Part shown: one piece after another, positions 25,345 through 38,469 of the stretch
Layout of the letters: each line of letters starts with the position of its first letter
How positions within the stretch are numbered: position 1 is the stretch's first letter
Source of the DNA: Mustelus asterias
Lineage: Eukaryota
NCBI RefSeq assembly: GCF_964213995.1
Contig: NC_135804.1
Coordinates: forward strand, 71,238,001 to 71,302,000
Length of the DNA: 64,000 bases
Direction of reading: 5' to 3'
The notes under the pieces: model-generated
The model's database searches: none
Told to the model about the DNA's origin: nothing
What the model saw: the letters and a program-made list of their open reading frames with translations, nothing else
Made by a program: the position numbers and the translations under genes

Positions 25345-25607
25345 ACTGCAATGAAGTTTCAATGAAAATCCCCCAGTTGCCACACTCCAACACCTGTTCG
25401 GGTACATAAAAAGAATTCAGCATGGCCAATGCACCTAACCCGCACATCTTTGGACCACGAGAGGAAACCGGAGCACCCAAAGAAAACCCACGCAGACACA
25501 GGGAGAATGTGCAAAATCCACACAGACAGGACCCAAGCCAGGAATTGAACCCAGGTCCCTGGCACTGTGAGGCAGCAGTGCTAACCATTGTGCCACCGTG
25601 CCGCCCC
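25345..25607 (-). mobile_element. HE1-related SINE with a different 3' part
   Basis: tRNA head and central domain match the family; the tail differs. Confidence 0.8.
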
Positions 25608-26112
25608 AATCTGGCGATAATTACATTGCTGTTTGTGGGATCTTGCTGTGTACAAATTTCCTGCTGCCTTCCCTACATTACAACAGTGACTACATGTCAG
25701 AAGAGTTTCAGTGACTGTGAAGCATTCTCACATGTCTCGAGATGGTGCAAGACAGTTTTGGAAAGACAGTCATTTTGCCTTTTCCGCACACACTGATATA
25801 TTTTGATGTTTAAACTCACTGCCTGCTCAGAGCTGCGTCCCACAGGGTGCTCAGTGTGGAATAGTCCAACCAGGAAGCTCGATTTTTCTCACTGGTTATC
25901 TCTTTGCCCAGATGGGGAAGTGGTGAGATTATCTGGGGAAAATGAGCTGACAGTCGAAGAATCACCGATCCAGGAAGTTCCAGGCATTCAGTGCTGCTTA
26001 ACCCAAGAACTCCCATTCACAGAACAACATGTACTTCTCATTTCAGGGAATGCCGAAACGGAGGAACAATCACACTGAGAACTTTCATTGCTGGCGAGTG
26101 GGCAAAGTTCCA

Positions 26113-26156
26113 GGGGGTCTCCCTATTGCAGACTCTGCAGTTTTACACAATATAAA
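26113..26156 (+). promoter_or_regulatory. Proximal promoter of chemokine A: kB-consensus site GGGGGTCTCC (26113-26122) and TATA box TATAAA (26151-26156)
   Basis: Matches GGGRNWYYCC. The TATA box lies about 80 bp upstream of the ATG. Confidence 0.6.
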
Positions 26157-26231
26157 CCATGAGGTGATAACTGGCTCCTGACAACCCACACTCACTCTTC
26201 AACACTCAACACTTCCAAGTTGGGCAAGGAC

Positions 26232-26316
26232 ATGATGAAGACAGCACACTGTGTGGCTGCTGCTGTTTTGGGAACACTGCTGATCTGCTTGATCCAGGAT
26301 GTTGCTGCTTCACCGG
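26232..26316 (+). CDS. CC chemokine A, exon 1 (signal peptide MMKTAHCVAAAVLGTLLICLIQDVAASP)
   Basis: Hydrophobic leader and a phase-1 donor G|gtaaga. Confidence 0.9.
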
Positions 26317-26456
26317 GTAAGAGAGAGAGAGACTTCCTTATTGGCAATATTCTCCGAGAATGTCAGAATGAACTGTGACAGACAGTTTAAAATAGTCTGC
26401 TGGCTTCCACCAATTGCACATATTATTTATTAGTTTTCAATGTGGTTATTCCAAAT

Positions 26457-26796
26457 ATAGAATCATAGAATCCCTACAGTGCAGTCGGAGGCCATTCGGC
26501 CCATTGAGTCTGCACCGGCAACAATCTCATTTGGCCCTATCCCTGTGACCCCACATATTTACCCTGTTAATTCCTCTAACCTACACATCCCAGGACACTA
26601 AGGGGCAATTTAGCATGGCCAATGTACCTAACCCGCACATCTTTGGACTATAGGAGAAAACCGGAGCACCCGGAGGAAACCCACGCAGACACGGGAGAAT
26701 GTGAAAACTCCACAGATAGGGACCCAAGCTGGGAATCGAACCGAGGCCCCTGGAACTGTAAGGCACAGTGCTAACCACTGTGCTACCGTGCCGCCC
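26457..26796 (-). mobile_element. HE1-type SINE in chemokine A intron 1
   Basis: Family match. Confidence 0.88.
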
Positions 26797-27047
26797 AAAC
26801 TATGATCCCAGATGAGAGAAGAAAGATTGAACAGATTGTGTCTTTTTTCTAGAAAAGTGAAAGCTGAGAGGTGACTATTGAAGGAGGTTTATAAACACCA
26901 GTACAGATCAGTTGGGCCAAATGGTCTGTTTAATTTCTGTTGATGTATTTCTATGGAAACAGCTGAAGGATAATGTTACTATCAGCGAGAATCTGCTGTG
27001 ATACCCATTCCATATTTAACTGTGTCTCTTTCTCCATCTCATTGCAG

Positions 27048-27156
27048 CTGGCACTGTAACAATCGAATGTTGTGAGAATTTTAAACCCACTCCTATTGTT
27101 CATAAAAGGCTAGTAAGCTACAAGAAAACAATTGGCTGCTCCATTCCCGCCATTGT
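27048..27156 (+). CDS. CC chemokine A, exon 2 (AGTVTIECCENFKPTPIVHKRLVSYKKTIGCSIPAIV)
   Basis: ttgcag acceptor, CC motif, third Cys, and phase-2 donor GT|gtaagt. Confidence 0.93.
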
Positions 27157-27257
27157 GTAAGTCTTTCAAGGTGTTTTGACCGCAGTGTGTTGAAATGAAA
27201 GATATGGAGCTGGTGTCTGTAACTCTCTGATAATGACATCTCATTTCATTCTTTCAG

Positions 27258-27354
27258 ATTTACAAACAGACGGAAGATGAGAATTTGTGCTAAAGCGAAT
27301 GAGAAATGGGTACAAACCGCAGTCAGATTTCTGGAAAAGGGACTGAAGAAGTGA
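27258..27354 (+). CDS. CC chemokine A, exon 3 (FTNRRKMRICAKANEKWVQTAVRFLEKGLKK*)
   Basis: tttcag acceptor, ICA....WV chemokine motif, and TGA stop. The spliced product is 96 aa. Confidence 0.93.
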
Positions 27355-27724
27355 AGAGAGAAGAAGACGTTGAAATCACAGCACTTTAAAACCATTTAAA
27401 ATACAGAGACTGTTGATGTGATAATTAGCATTAAAAATTGCCATGGTAACTACATTTTCCCGTGTAAACCACAGTCGCCAAAGGTGACAGAAAGAAAATG
27501 GTGTCACTGTATCAATGTGGGTCCCAGCCAATGAAAGCCCTGAGGTCGGGCAATATTCCATAGACTGCACATTCAACAGTGTGAGGCTGTGTGAGTATAA
27601 ACAATCAGTCTCCCCATTTCAGTGGGGTTTGTCCCTCAGACCCCTGACTGTCTTTGGCCAGAGAAGATGAACAGAATTACAACCACAGCTCTCACAACTG
27701 GGTCAGCAGTGAGGGGTCAGAGAA

Positions 27725-27950
27725 AGGAGGGGGTGGGGAGACACTGGGATACAATGGGGAAGTTGGTGGGGAGGCACTAGGGGTCAGGGAGAAACTGGTG
27801 GAGGGGGACATACTGGTGCAGGGGGTAGGGGAGACTGGGAATGGGGGAAAAAAAAAAGGAGGGGGGAAGGGAGACACTGGGGGAGTAGTTGGGGAAGACA
27901 CTGTTTGTGGGATGGGGAAGACACTGGGGATAATGGGTGAGGGAGACATT
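27725..27950. repeat. G/A-rich degenerate repeat (gggagacactggg) in the probable 3' UTR of chemokine A
   Basis: Visible in sequence; AATAAA follows at 28069-28074. Confidence 0.6.
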
Positions 27951-28594
27951 AGCATTCTCTGTTTTGATTGCTAATCTCAATGTTTTTATTATTTGATCCC
28001 TTCTCTTCCCTCATTTCTTCACTGATTTCTCAGCTCCTGCTTTTTATAAATTGAAAATGTGATGATGAAATAAAGGAGATTTTTGATTAAGTTTCTCTTG
28101 TCGTCTCGAAGCAGCTTCATTCTTCATTTTTATTCAACAGATGAACAGTGTTGAATTACCTCCCTGTTTTCATCCTCATTTTCCATTCACTCACACTGTG
28201 AGCTGATTAATGATCCTGAGGCTTTAAACAGAATGCGCAAGTATCCACGGCACATTCAGCTGTCATAGGAGCAGAGGAGTAGGAGAAGGTCATTCAGCCC
28301 TTCAAAGCATGGAATGGAGACTATGCCAAAGTCGCAGAAACAGGGTGTTCTCGGGAATTTTCACATGGGATTCAGAGGGGAAAGAGCTCCTCCTTTATTT
28401 AAACCTTTTCAGCCTCCAGTGGTTGTTGAGTTGTTTTCTTTTATCCACAAACTAGGTATATGTAACTTTCCATTACTTTATCAGTGTAATTTATTAACTA
28501 ATTAAATAAATAAACTTGGACAGAAGTGACAAGGCTGGTGGCATGCAGTGACTGCAGCATGTGGGAATGTGTGGGAAGCACTGTAATTCCCCAA

Positions 28595-30545
28595 AGGGAA
28601 GAATGAGGGAGATCAATATTAGTAGAGAAATGGTCCTGGGAAAATTATGGGTTTGAAGGTACATAAGTCCCCAGGACCTCGTAATCTCCATCCCAGAGTA
28701 CTTAAGGAAGTGGCTCTAGAAATATTGGATGCCTTGGTGGTCATTTTCCAGGATTCTATGGACTCTGAAATGGTCCCTGCAGATTGGAGGTAGCTAATGT
28801 CATTCCAATATTCAAAAAGGGAGGTAGAGAGAAAACAGGGAATTATAGACCAGTAAGCCACACATTGGTAGAGGAGAAAATTCTCAAATCCATTATCAAG
28901 GACTTTATAACGGAGCATTTAGAAAGCAGTGGCAGGATCAGACAGAGTCAGCATGGATTTATGAAGGGGAAATCATGCTTGACAAATCTGCTGGAATTCT
29001 TTGAAGATGTAACTAGTAGAGTTGACAAAGGGGAGCCAGTGGATGTGGTATATTTGGACTTTCAGAATGTGTTTGACAAAGTCCTGCACAAGAGATTATC
29101 ATGTAAGATTAAAGCGCATGGCATTGGGGGAAATGTATTAAGATGGATAGAAAGCTGGTTGGCAGGGAGGAAGCAAAGAGTAGGAATTAATGGGTCCTTT
29201 TCAAATTGGCAGGCAGTAACTAGTGGTGTGCTGCAGGGATCAGTGCTGGGACCCTCGTTATTCACAATATATATTAATGATTTGGATGAGGGAACAAAAT
29301 GTAACATTTTAAAGTTTGCAGATGATACCAAGTTGGGCGGGAACATGAACTGTGACAAAGATGCAAAGATCTTTCAGCATGATCTGGACAGATTGGGTGA
29401 GTGGGCAAATTAATGGCAGATGCAGTATAATTTGGATAAGTGTGAGGTTATTCACTTTGGAAGCAAAAACAAGAAGGTTGTAAATTGGGAGAGGGGAGTG
29501 TACAGCGGAACCTGGGTGTCCTTGTGTCCCAGTCATTAAAGGTAAGCATGCAGGTGCAGCAGGCAGTAAAGAAGGCCTTCATTGCGAGAGGTTTTGAGTA
29601 CAGGAGCAGAGATCATAGAATCATAGAAACCCTACAGTGCAGAAGGAGGCCGTTCGGCCCATCGAGTCTGCACCGACCACAATCCCACCCAGGCCCTACC
29701 CCCACATATTTACCCGCTAATCCCTCTAACCTACGCATCCCAGGACTCTAAGGGGCAATTTTTAACCTGGCCAATCAACCTAACCCGCACATCTTTGGAC
29801 TGTGGGAGGAAACCGGAGCACCCAGAGGAAACCCACGCAGACACGAGGAGAATGTGCAAACTCCACACAGACAGTGACCCAAGCATCGAACCCGGGACTC
29901 TGGAGCTGTGAAGCAGCAGTGCTAACCACTGTGCTACCGTGCCACCATGTGTTAGGATGTGTTACTGCAATTATATAGGGCCTTGGTGAGGCCACACCCA
30001 GAATATTGTGTGCAGTTTTGGTCTCCTTTTCTGAGGATGAATGTTCTTGCTCTCAAGGGAGTGCAGCGAAGGTTTACCAGACTGATTCCGGGGATGGTGG
30101 GACTGATGTTTGAGGAGAGATTGACTGGGTTAGGATTGTATTTGCTGGAGTTCAGATGAATGAGGGGGAATCTCATAGAAACTTATAAACTTCTAATACG
30201 ACTAGATAGGGTAGATGCACGGAGGATGTTCCCGATGGTGGGGGAGTCCAGAACCAGGGGTCACAGTCTGAAGATTCAAGGTAGACCTCTTAGGACAGAG
30301 ATGAGGAGACATTTCTTCACCCAAAGAATAATGAGCCTGTGGAATTCATTATCACTGGAAGTAGTTGATGCCAAAACATTGAATGTATTAAGAGGCAGCT
30401 AGATATAGCACTTGGGGCGAATGCGATCAAAGGTTATGGGGAGAAAGCAGGATTAGGCTATTGAGTTGGACGATCGTGATGAATGGCGGAGCAGGCTCAA
30501 AGGGCCAAATGGCCTCCTCCTGCTCCTATCTTCTATGTTTCTATG
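28595..30545 (+). mobile_element. Degenerate CR1 RT-3' fragment with a nested minus-strand SINE (29613-29945)
   Basis: GNYRPVS, QHGF, QGSVLGP and FADDTK motifs. Confidence 0.9.
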
Positions 30546-31711
30546 TAACAATATCTGCAGAAGTTGTCTTAGGCAACTTCAGCTCCAAGTTTCTGAGCTG
30601 GAGGCTGAGCTGCGGACATTGTGAAGCATCAGAGTGGGGGAGAGTTACCCAGACACTTTGTCCCAGGAGATAGTCACTCCCCTTAGGTTAGACAGAACAT
30701 CAGTCAACAGTCTTGTCTGCGAGTCAGGATGGTCAGGGAAGCCAGCATGTAGTAAGGGAGGAGCCTCAGCCCCTGGCTTTGTCCAACGAGTACGAGGTGC
30801 TTGTTAGCTGTGTGGATGAGCAGATTGGTCAGGGACCATAGTGAATGACGCCATTCAAGTTGGGATGAGGTGAGTGTGAAGAGGAATATGGTAGTGATGG
30901 AAAGGGTACAGTCAGCGGTATAGTTGCCTGCCCAGTGCAGAATTTTGAATCTACTTACCTAACTAATTATTAAGGCCAGTTTACTGCTTTCCTCCCTTCA
31001 GGGAATTGTTTCGAGCAACCGATTTATTTTCCAATTGCAGCCCGACCGTCACAATGTGTAATGACTGACCTTGGAGCAGGCAGCAAACCTGCCAAGAGTA
31101 TCAAAACCTATACACATTCATACAGAATTCTCCTGCTGCTGCCTTCTCACTGGGCTGTGCATTTGAAGCTCCTTTTTCAAGCTTTGCACATCTTTCCTTG
31201 GTCGTCACTAGCTCTTTGACTCTACTGCTAATAGGAAATTTTCACAGATCTCCGTGTGCCGTGATGTAGTTCCTAGTAAGCTGAGCAGTTGATTTTTTCT
31301 CTGCCTCTCAGCCTCCATGTATTCTACGGAGCTCTTCCGGCAATTTTCAACTGTCATACTGAAGACTTTTATCAGGTTGTCATCTTTTTCAAGTTGATTT
31401 TGGAAGATTTTGGGGTCCTTCACTGCTGCAACGTGTGGTATATTGGTTTTGACTGGTTGAAAAAGGTTGCAGAGACATAGATATGTCTCAATCATAACTG
31501 TTTACTGAAGGAACAGAACTATTGACAGATGTACAAGACTAAATGTAACTCAGTGCAAGCTGTGAGCTTTCTCCTTCGAGAGTCTGTCGTGTGACTGTCT
31601 CTTACATCATCATGTGGGCGGTACTGTTTTTCTAGTCCCCCACACTGGGTGGGATTTTCTTTGCGATGTTGTCATGCTCACCAGTATTCAATGCTGAATA
31701 CCAATTTGACC

Positions 31712-32848
31712 TCCAGCCTTACGACTTCAGGTGGCTGGCGGAGAGGAGGGCCGTGGACGCCGGGGTGACCAGGATCGGGGACGTGCTGGATGGCGGAGGA
31801 GCGGGCTGGATGAGCCCCGACGTGCTGGCTGAGCGCGCGGGGGTGACCGTCCGGCGCGCGGCCAAAGCCATCCAAGACCTTAGGACGGTCGCGCTCGGCC
31901 CCGAGTGCGCACGCGGTCTGGAGGCGGCGCAGGCGTGCGGTGGGATCCCGCCCGAGCGTTCCCCTGCTCGGACGGAATTTCACATTGGCCCGAAGCCTAG
32001 ACCTCCCCCCCCCCGGGTCAGGTGCCCCACTGCGTGTGCCGCCTCGCGGAAATGCCCTCCGTGCCCTTTTCCACCGCGCGGAGGCGTTTCCTGTACGGGC
32101 TGCTGCTGCACACCTTTCACTACCGCGTCCTCGCCCGTCGCCCGGATACACCTTGGCGGGCCTTGTTGCCGTCGGGCGGCGGAGGTCCCCAGTGGAGGTC
32201 CCTCTACGGAGGGATCTCCCCCAATTATCTCGGGGACCTGGGGTGGAGGGTGCTGCATGCAGCAGTGCCGTGCAACCGTAGGTTTTTCCGGTACACGGGC
32301 TCCCGAGACTGCCCTTTCTGTGGCCTCGTGGAGTCCGTGGACCATGTCTACGTTCTGTGTTTTAGACTGCACACCCTTTTTGGTTTCCTCAAACACCTCT
32401 TACTGATGTTTTGTTTGCACTTCAGTCCCACGCTCCTGATCTACAGGCACCTGGTGCGGAGAGGGGCGGGTCGGGATGCCGACCTCCTCGTGAACCTGCT
32501 CCTGGGCCTGGCGAGACGTGCCATCAATAGGTCCAGGCAGCGGGCGATCGACGGGGCCGTCCATCCCGACTGTCTGCCCCTCTACCGCGGCTACATTCGC
32601 GGCCAGGTGTCTCTGGAGAGGGAGCATGCGGTGTCCACGGGCGCGGTTGACGCCTTCCGCGACCGCTGGGCGCCGCAGGGGCTGGGGTGTATTATCGACC
32701 CCGATAATCACCTTTTGGTTTGACGTTTTAAGTTTCCTTTCGACTTTGTTTTTGGTTCGGGCTGTTCCCCCCTTCCTTTTGGGGAGCTGCCCCTTTTACT
32801 TTGTCCCTAAGTTAATTTGAGTTCGTTTACTTGATTGGTATCGAAAGA
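31712..32848 (+). mobile_element. 5'-truncated Tx1/L1-clade LINE with a 15-bp TSD
   Basis: GC-rich; C-terminal DLGWRVLH...CPFCGLVESVDHVYVLC zinc knuckle. TSD aataccaatttgacc at 31697-31711 and 32849-32863. Confidence 0.85.
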
Positions 32849-33319
32849 AATACCAATTTGACCGGCTTGCACACTCCTGGAGGATTGCTGCACTGCTTGC
32901 CTCTCTCTACCCTTATTATTCTGAACTCTCTCCTGCAGATGATGATCGAGGAAGCAGTCTGCCACGTGGACGGGCACTCTTGTTATGAGTCCAGCTGCCC
33001 CCTGATCTCAGGTGCCCTCAGTGTAATTGAGCAACAGGAGACACATCCCACAAGGCAGCTCCCTCTTGAGAAAGTGACCTGATATGCCCAAATGGAGCAG
33101 GAATTGCAAGTTACAGATTACAGCTGTCCCACCATTCTAATTCAAAACTTAAAACTTCTTGGCTACAGGGTGATTATTTATATAATTGATGTTCATTTTC
33201 TCAATGAGGTACTGTCATATGTGCAGATATACGCACACACAAACATACACACACATACACACTTACACTCTATGCAAATTGGAAGTATTTTATTGTGTTT
33301 TTCTAATTTTCTCTCACCT

Positions 33320-33895
33320 TAAAATAAGAGCAAGGAGGTCATGCTGGAATTATATAAAACATTAGTTAGGCATTAACCTGAGTACTGTGTGCAGTTCCGG
33401 TCACCTGATTACAGACAAGATGTCATGGTATTAGCGAGAGTACAGAAGAGATTGATGAGGATGTTGCCAGGACTGGAAAATTGCGGCTATGAGGAAAGAT
33501 TGGATAGGCTGGGGTTGTTCTCCTTGGAACAGAGGAGGTTGAGGGGAGATTTGCCTGAGATGGACAAAATAGTGAGGGGCTTGGATTGAGTGGATGGGAG
33601 GAGTCTATTTAACCCAGCAGCAAGGTCAGTGACTGGGGCGCACAAATTGAAAGTGATTGGTGAAAATATTAGAAGAAAAACCTTTTCACCCAGAGGGGGT
33701 CTGGAACTCACTGCCTGAAAGGGTATTAGAGGCAGAATCCCTGAACTTATTGAAAAGGTGTATGGGTTGCACCTGAAGCACTGTAACCTGCTGGACCAAA
33801 CCTGGAAAATGGGATGAAGCTGGGTGACTCGTTTATCGGCCGGTGCAGACACAATGGGCAGAATGGCCTCTTTCTGTGCCTATGATTCTATGATT
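33320..33895 (+). mobile_element. CR1 3' fragment
   Basis: LGLFSLEQRRLRGDL motif and (tgattcta)n tail. Confidence 0.85.
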
Positions 33896-34352
33896 GTCCC
33901 ACAGTCCAGTTTCAGCATTATCCTTGGTGATTAATCTGTGTGCTTGGAGTGTCGAATCCAGGCTCCATTTCTACACAGTCAGGTTGGGGGCAGATTGCTC
34001 AGCACAAAGCAAACTCCTGCAAAGCTACATATTCCACCACTGAGCCCCTACTGACAGTTTCCGAAGGTCCGCGTGACACTGCTTTTCATCTGGGACTTGA
34101 CCAAGAACAGGAATCCAAATAATCAGCTTTGTGGATTCTGATGTTGGAATGTGTTAAATCTCACCTCAATTGAATCCTGACTTGAAACTTTTCCAATGTA
34201 ATTATGCAGCAGAACCACAGTCACATTCCTGCTCTAGTCACAGCCTGGAAACTTCTCCTGCCTCCTTTCTGTGTCTCCGGATAAATAGGGAGTTGCTCAC
34301 CCCTCTCTTACTCACTGTTACTGTCCACTTGTGCTGTGAACAGCCCTGAGAT

Positions 34353-34419
34353 ATGAAGTGTTATCTTCACATTGGACTCCTGCTGACCATGATCTGGATC
34401 AAGGTCAGTGATCCCGCAG
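34353..34419 (+). CDS. Chemokine B, putative exon 1 (signal peptide MKCYLHIGLLLTMIWIKVSDPA)
   Basis: Hydrophobic leader, strong phase-1 donor CAG|gtaagc, and a TATA-like GATAAATAG at 34280-34288. Confidence 0.7.
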
Positions 34420-34669
34420 GTAAGCGTCAACACATATACAGTCTACGTAGGTTTGACTCCAATCTAAATCATTTGTGGGAGTTTCTTGGTATCAGGTCTG
34501 CACTTTGAGATCAGATAAACAGGCAAATGTCCTTCCTGTTACACTGGGTTCAACACAACAGGAATGGACTGTCCAGTAACCCCTCATTAGAGAGAATTCG
34601 TATAGGATTCTGCTCCTGATCACTGTCCAGTGATCCCTGGGCTAGAGAAAGAGATAAAATCATACAGGT

Positions 34670-34901
34670 AAAAGCAAAATACTGCGGATGCTGGAATCTG
34701 AAACAAAAACAGAACATGCTGTAAAACCTCAGCCTTCTGACAGCATCTGTGGGGAGAGAATAGAGCTAACATTGAGTCCAAGTGACCTTTCATCAGAGTA
34801 CAGATGAAGCTCTGACAAAGGGTTATCTAGACTTGAAACATCTGTTCTATTCTCTCCCCACAAATGCTGTCAGACCTGCTGAGATTTTTCAGCATTTTCT
34901 G
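34670..34901. mobile_element. Fold-back Penelope-derived repeat with degenerate hammerhead cores on both arms
   Basis: Imperfect palindrome with ctgacaaagggttatctagacttgaaac. Same family as 61680-61950 and 2890-3000. Confidence 0.65.
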
Positions 34902-35720
34902 TAAAATCATTCGGGATTCTGCTTTGATCACTGCCCAGTGATCCCTGGGTTAGAGAGAGAAATAAACTCCTCCAGGATTCTGCTCCTGATTAAAAGCAAA
35001 TTACTGCAGATGCTGGAATCTGAACCAAAAGAGAAAAGGTTTTCAGTCCAGTGACTCCCAGGTTACAGAGAGAAGGGAAATCGACTAGGGTTCTGCTGCT
35101 GATCACTGCCCAGTGATCCCTGGGTTAGAGAGAAAGGAAATCAGCCAGGGTTCCTGCTGCTGATCACTGTCCAGTGATCCCTGGATTAGAAAGAGGGGAA
35201 ATCAGCCAGGGTTCCTGCTGCTGATCACTGTCCAGTGATCCCTGGGTTAGAGAGAAAGGAAATCAGCCAGGGTTCCTGCTGCCAATCACTGTGCAGTGAT
35301 CCTGGACTAGAGTAAAAGAGTAGAAATCGGCCAGTGTTCCTGCTGCTGATCACTGTCCAGTGATCCCTGGATTAGAAAGAGGGGAAATCAGCCAGGGTTC
35401 CTGCTGCTGATCACTGTCCAGTGATCCCTGGGTTAGAGAGAAAGGAAATCAGCCAGGGTTCCTGCTCCTGATCATTGTCCAGTGATCCCTGGGTTAGAGA
35501 GAAAGGAAATCAGCCAGGGTTCCTGCTCCTGATCAGTGTCGAACGATCACTGAGTTAGAGAAAGGAAATCAGCCAGGGTTCCTGCTGCCGATCACTGTGC
35601 AGTGATCCTGGACTAGAGTAAAAGAGTAGAAATCAGCCAGGGCTCCTGATGCTGGTCACTGTCCCTGGGCTAGAGACAGAGAGAGAGGGGAAATGAGCCA
35701 GAATTCCTGCTCCTGATCGT
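34900..35720. repeat. About 61-bp minisatellite (ctgatcactgtccagtgatccctgggttagagagaaaggaaatcagccagggttcctg)
   Basis: About a dozen tandem units, with earlier partial units near 34570-34660. Confidence 0.9.
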
Positions 35721-36077
35721 TGTCTCATGACTCATGCCTGAACTTGTCCATGTGTTGGGAAATAGATTGTTGTGAGTAATATGATTGAATGGAAAATGTA
35801 AATATTTAACCTTCTGGTATTGAATCATATACAACAGATCAGAGATCAATGTACATGCAAATCAGCAAGATAAGATGTAAATACCTTATGAACTATATTA
35901 TAATTGTTAATGCTCGACTAATATTCTCTCTAGAAAGGAACATTTTCTAAGTTGCTCTGCTTCATTTCTGCATATGCACAATGATTATTTGAATTTTAAA
36001 AATATTTTAAATCTTTTGCTCATCATTCTCTTCTGCGTCTTCTTTCCAAATTCAAATCTATTTTTCCTCTATTCTGT

Positions 36078-37635
36078 ATCTGATTTCATTGAGTTGTTTG
36101 AAGGGGTAACGAAGAAGGTAGATGAGAGCAGTGCAGCTGATGTTGTCTACATGGAATTTAGCAAGGCTTTTGACAAGGTACCGCATGGTAGGCTGTTGCA
36201 TACGGTTAAATCTCATGGGATCCAGGGTGAGGTATCTAAATTGATACAAAATTGATTTCTTGACAGAAGCCAGAGGGTGGTTGTAGAGGGTTGGTTTTCA
36301 AATTGGAGGCCTGTGACCAGCGGTGTGCCTCAGGGATCAGTGTTGGGTCCATTGTTATTTGTCATTTATATTAATGATTTGGATGAGAATATAGGAGACA
36401 TGGTTAGTAAGTTTGCAGATGACACCAAGATTGGTGACATAGTGGACAGTGAAGAAAGTTATCTCCGATTGCAACAGGATCTTGATCAATTGGGCCAGTG
36501 GTCTGACGAATGGCAGATGGAGTTTAATTTAGACAAATGAGAGGTGATGCATTTTGGTAGATTGAACCAGGGCAGGACTTACTCAGTTAATGGTAGGGCG
36601 TTGGGGAGAGTTACAGAGTAAAGAGATCTTAGAATCATAGAATCCTACAGTGCAGAAAGAGGCCATTCGGCCCATCGAGTCTGCACCAACCACAATCCCT
36701 ATCCACATATCCCTACATATTTACCCACTAACCCCTCTAACCTATGCATCCCGGGACACTAAGGGGCAATTTAGAATGGCCAATCAACTTAGCCCGCACA
36801 TCTTTGGACTGTGGGAGGAAACCGGAGCACCCGGAGGAAACCCACGCAGACACAGGGAGAATGTGCAAACTCCACACAGACAGCGACCCAAGCCGGAATT
36901 CGAACCCAGGTCCCTGGAGCTGTTAGCAGCAGTACTAACCACTGTGCTACCTGCCGCCCCAATCTAGGGGTAAATGTTCATAGCTCCTTGAAAATGGAGT
37001 CACAGATGGACAGAGTGGTGAAGAAGACATTTGGCATGCTTGGTTTCATCAGTCAGAACATTGAATACAGGAATTGGGACATCTTGTTGAAGTTGTACAA
37101 GACATTGGCAAGGCCACACTTGAAATACTGTGTGCAGTTCTGGTCTATTATAGAAAGGATATTATTAAACTAGAAAAGATTTATTAGGATGCTACCAGGA
37201 CTTGATGGTTTGAGTATAAGGAGAGGTTAGATAGACTGGGACCTTTTCCTCTGGAGCGTAGGAGGTTGAGGGGTGATCTTATACAAGTCTGTAAAATAAT
37301 GAGGGGCACAGATCAGCTAGTCAATATCTTTTCCCAAAGGTCTAGTCTAAAACTCGAGGGCATTGGTTTAAGGTGAGAGGGGAGAGATACAAAAGTATCC
37401 AGAGGAGCAATTTTTTCACACAGAGGGTGGTGAGTGTCTGGAACAAGCTGCCAGAGGTAGTAGTAGAGGCGGGTACAATTTTTCTTTTAAAAAGCATTCA
37501 GATAGTTACATGGATAAGATGGGTATAGAGGGATATGGGCCAAATGCGGGCAATTGGGATTAGCTTTAGGGGTTAAAAAAAAGGGCGGCATGGACAAGTT
37601 GGGCCGAAGGGCCTGTTTCCATGCGGTAAACCTCT
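36078..37635 (+). mobile_element. CR1 RT-3' fragment with a nested minus-strand SINE (36630-36960)
   Basis: FSKAFDKVPH, GVPQGSVLGP and FADDTK motifs. Same subfamily as 39483-40895. Confidence 0.92.
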
Positions 37636-38469
37636 AAACCCCTTCCTGTTCCTGTCTCCATCCTCTACACACAGTTGGATTTATTACTCGACTATTAATC
37701 TCAACACCCTCCAAGAATTCTAGCTTAATGAGACAACAAGAAAAGGATTCGACTCTTAATTGATCTAACAATCTCTCTCTGTATTTAACACTTTAGGTAC
37801 CAACTCAAACTTAAACAGTTGCAACTCTAATTCATTTACTGAACTTTAATTCTCAACTTAACATTAACTCTATCTGAACTTAACTTAAATTATTTAACTA
37901 TAAATAGATACTACCGAATTTAGGAAAACCTTCGCCATGAAATATCCCTGATGTAGAATCTATCTTCTGTCTGAAGAATCCTTCAGGGCACACTTCTTAC
38001 AATGGTGAATCTCTATAAAGTTGTCGTTGGCAAACAAAGGACTGCACATGTCTTTTAACTACATATTCTTCACTTGCTTCCAGAAGATTCTGTTACCCAG
38101 CCAATTGTGTAACCAGAAACTGATCACACGGCTCAAACAGCCAATGAAATTACTTGTAAATGACACCATTATGTTTGGTTCAGATTGCATGTCCCTCACA
38201 TAACGGCAATAAAATTCGATGCCATCCAGACGACTCGAAAGTACACTTCCCATATTTAGTCAACACAGGAAGCTTCAGACCACAGTTCCCAGATCAGAAC
38301 TCCGATTCAGAATAACTTTACAACCTGCATCTAGTTGTAATTATAAATTGACCAAAAATCCCAGCATGCTTAGCTCTCAGCTAGAATAGCCATTTTAAAG
38401 CCAAAATTGTTGTTAAAATCATTGTTGTAGTCGTTTTATTCTCTGTCTACAGATTTTCCAGTCATTGAG

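Noticed and set aside
31208-31495. 95-aa minus-strand ORF as a host gene
   Set aside because: No splice context; it weakly resembles a decayed Gypsy gag, too uncertain to annotate.
35762-35880. IDCCE*YD*...IESYTT as chemokine B exon 2
   Set aside because: Three stops and no polypyrimidine tract; probably chance, though not fully excluded.
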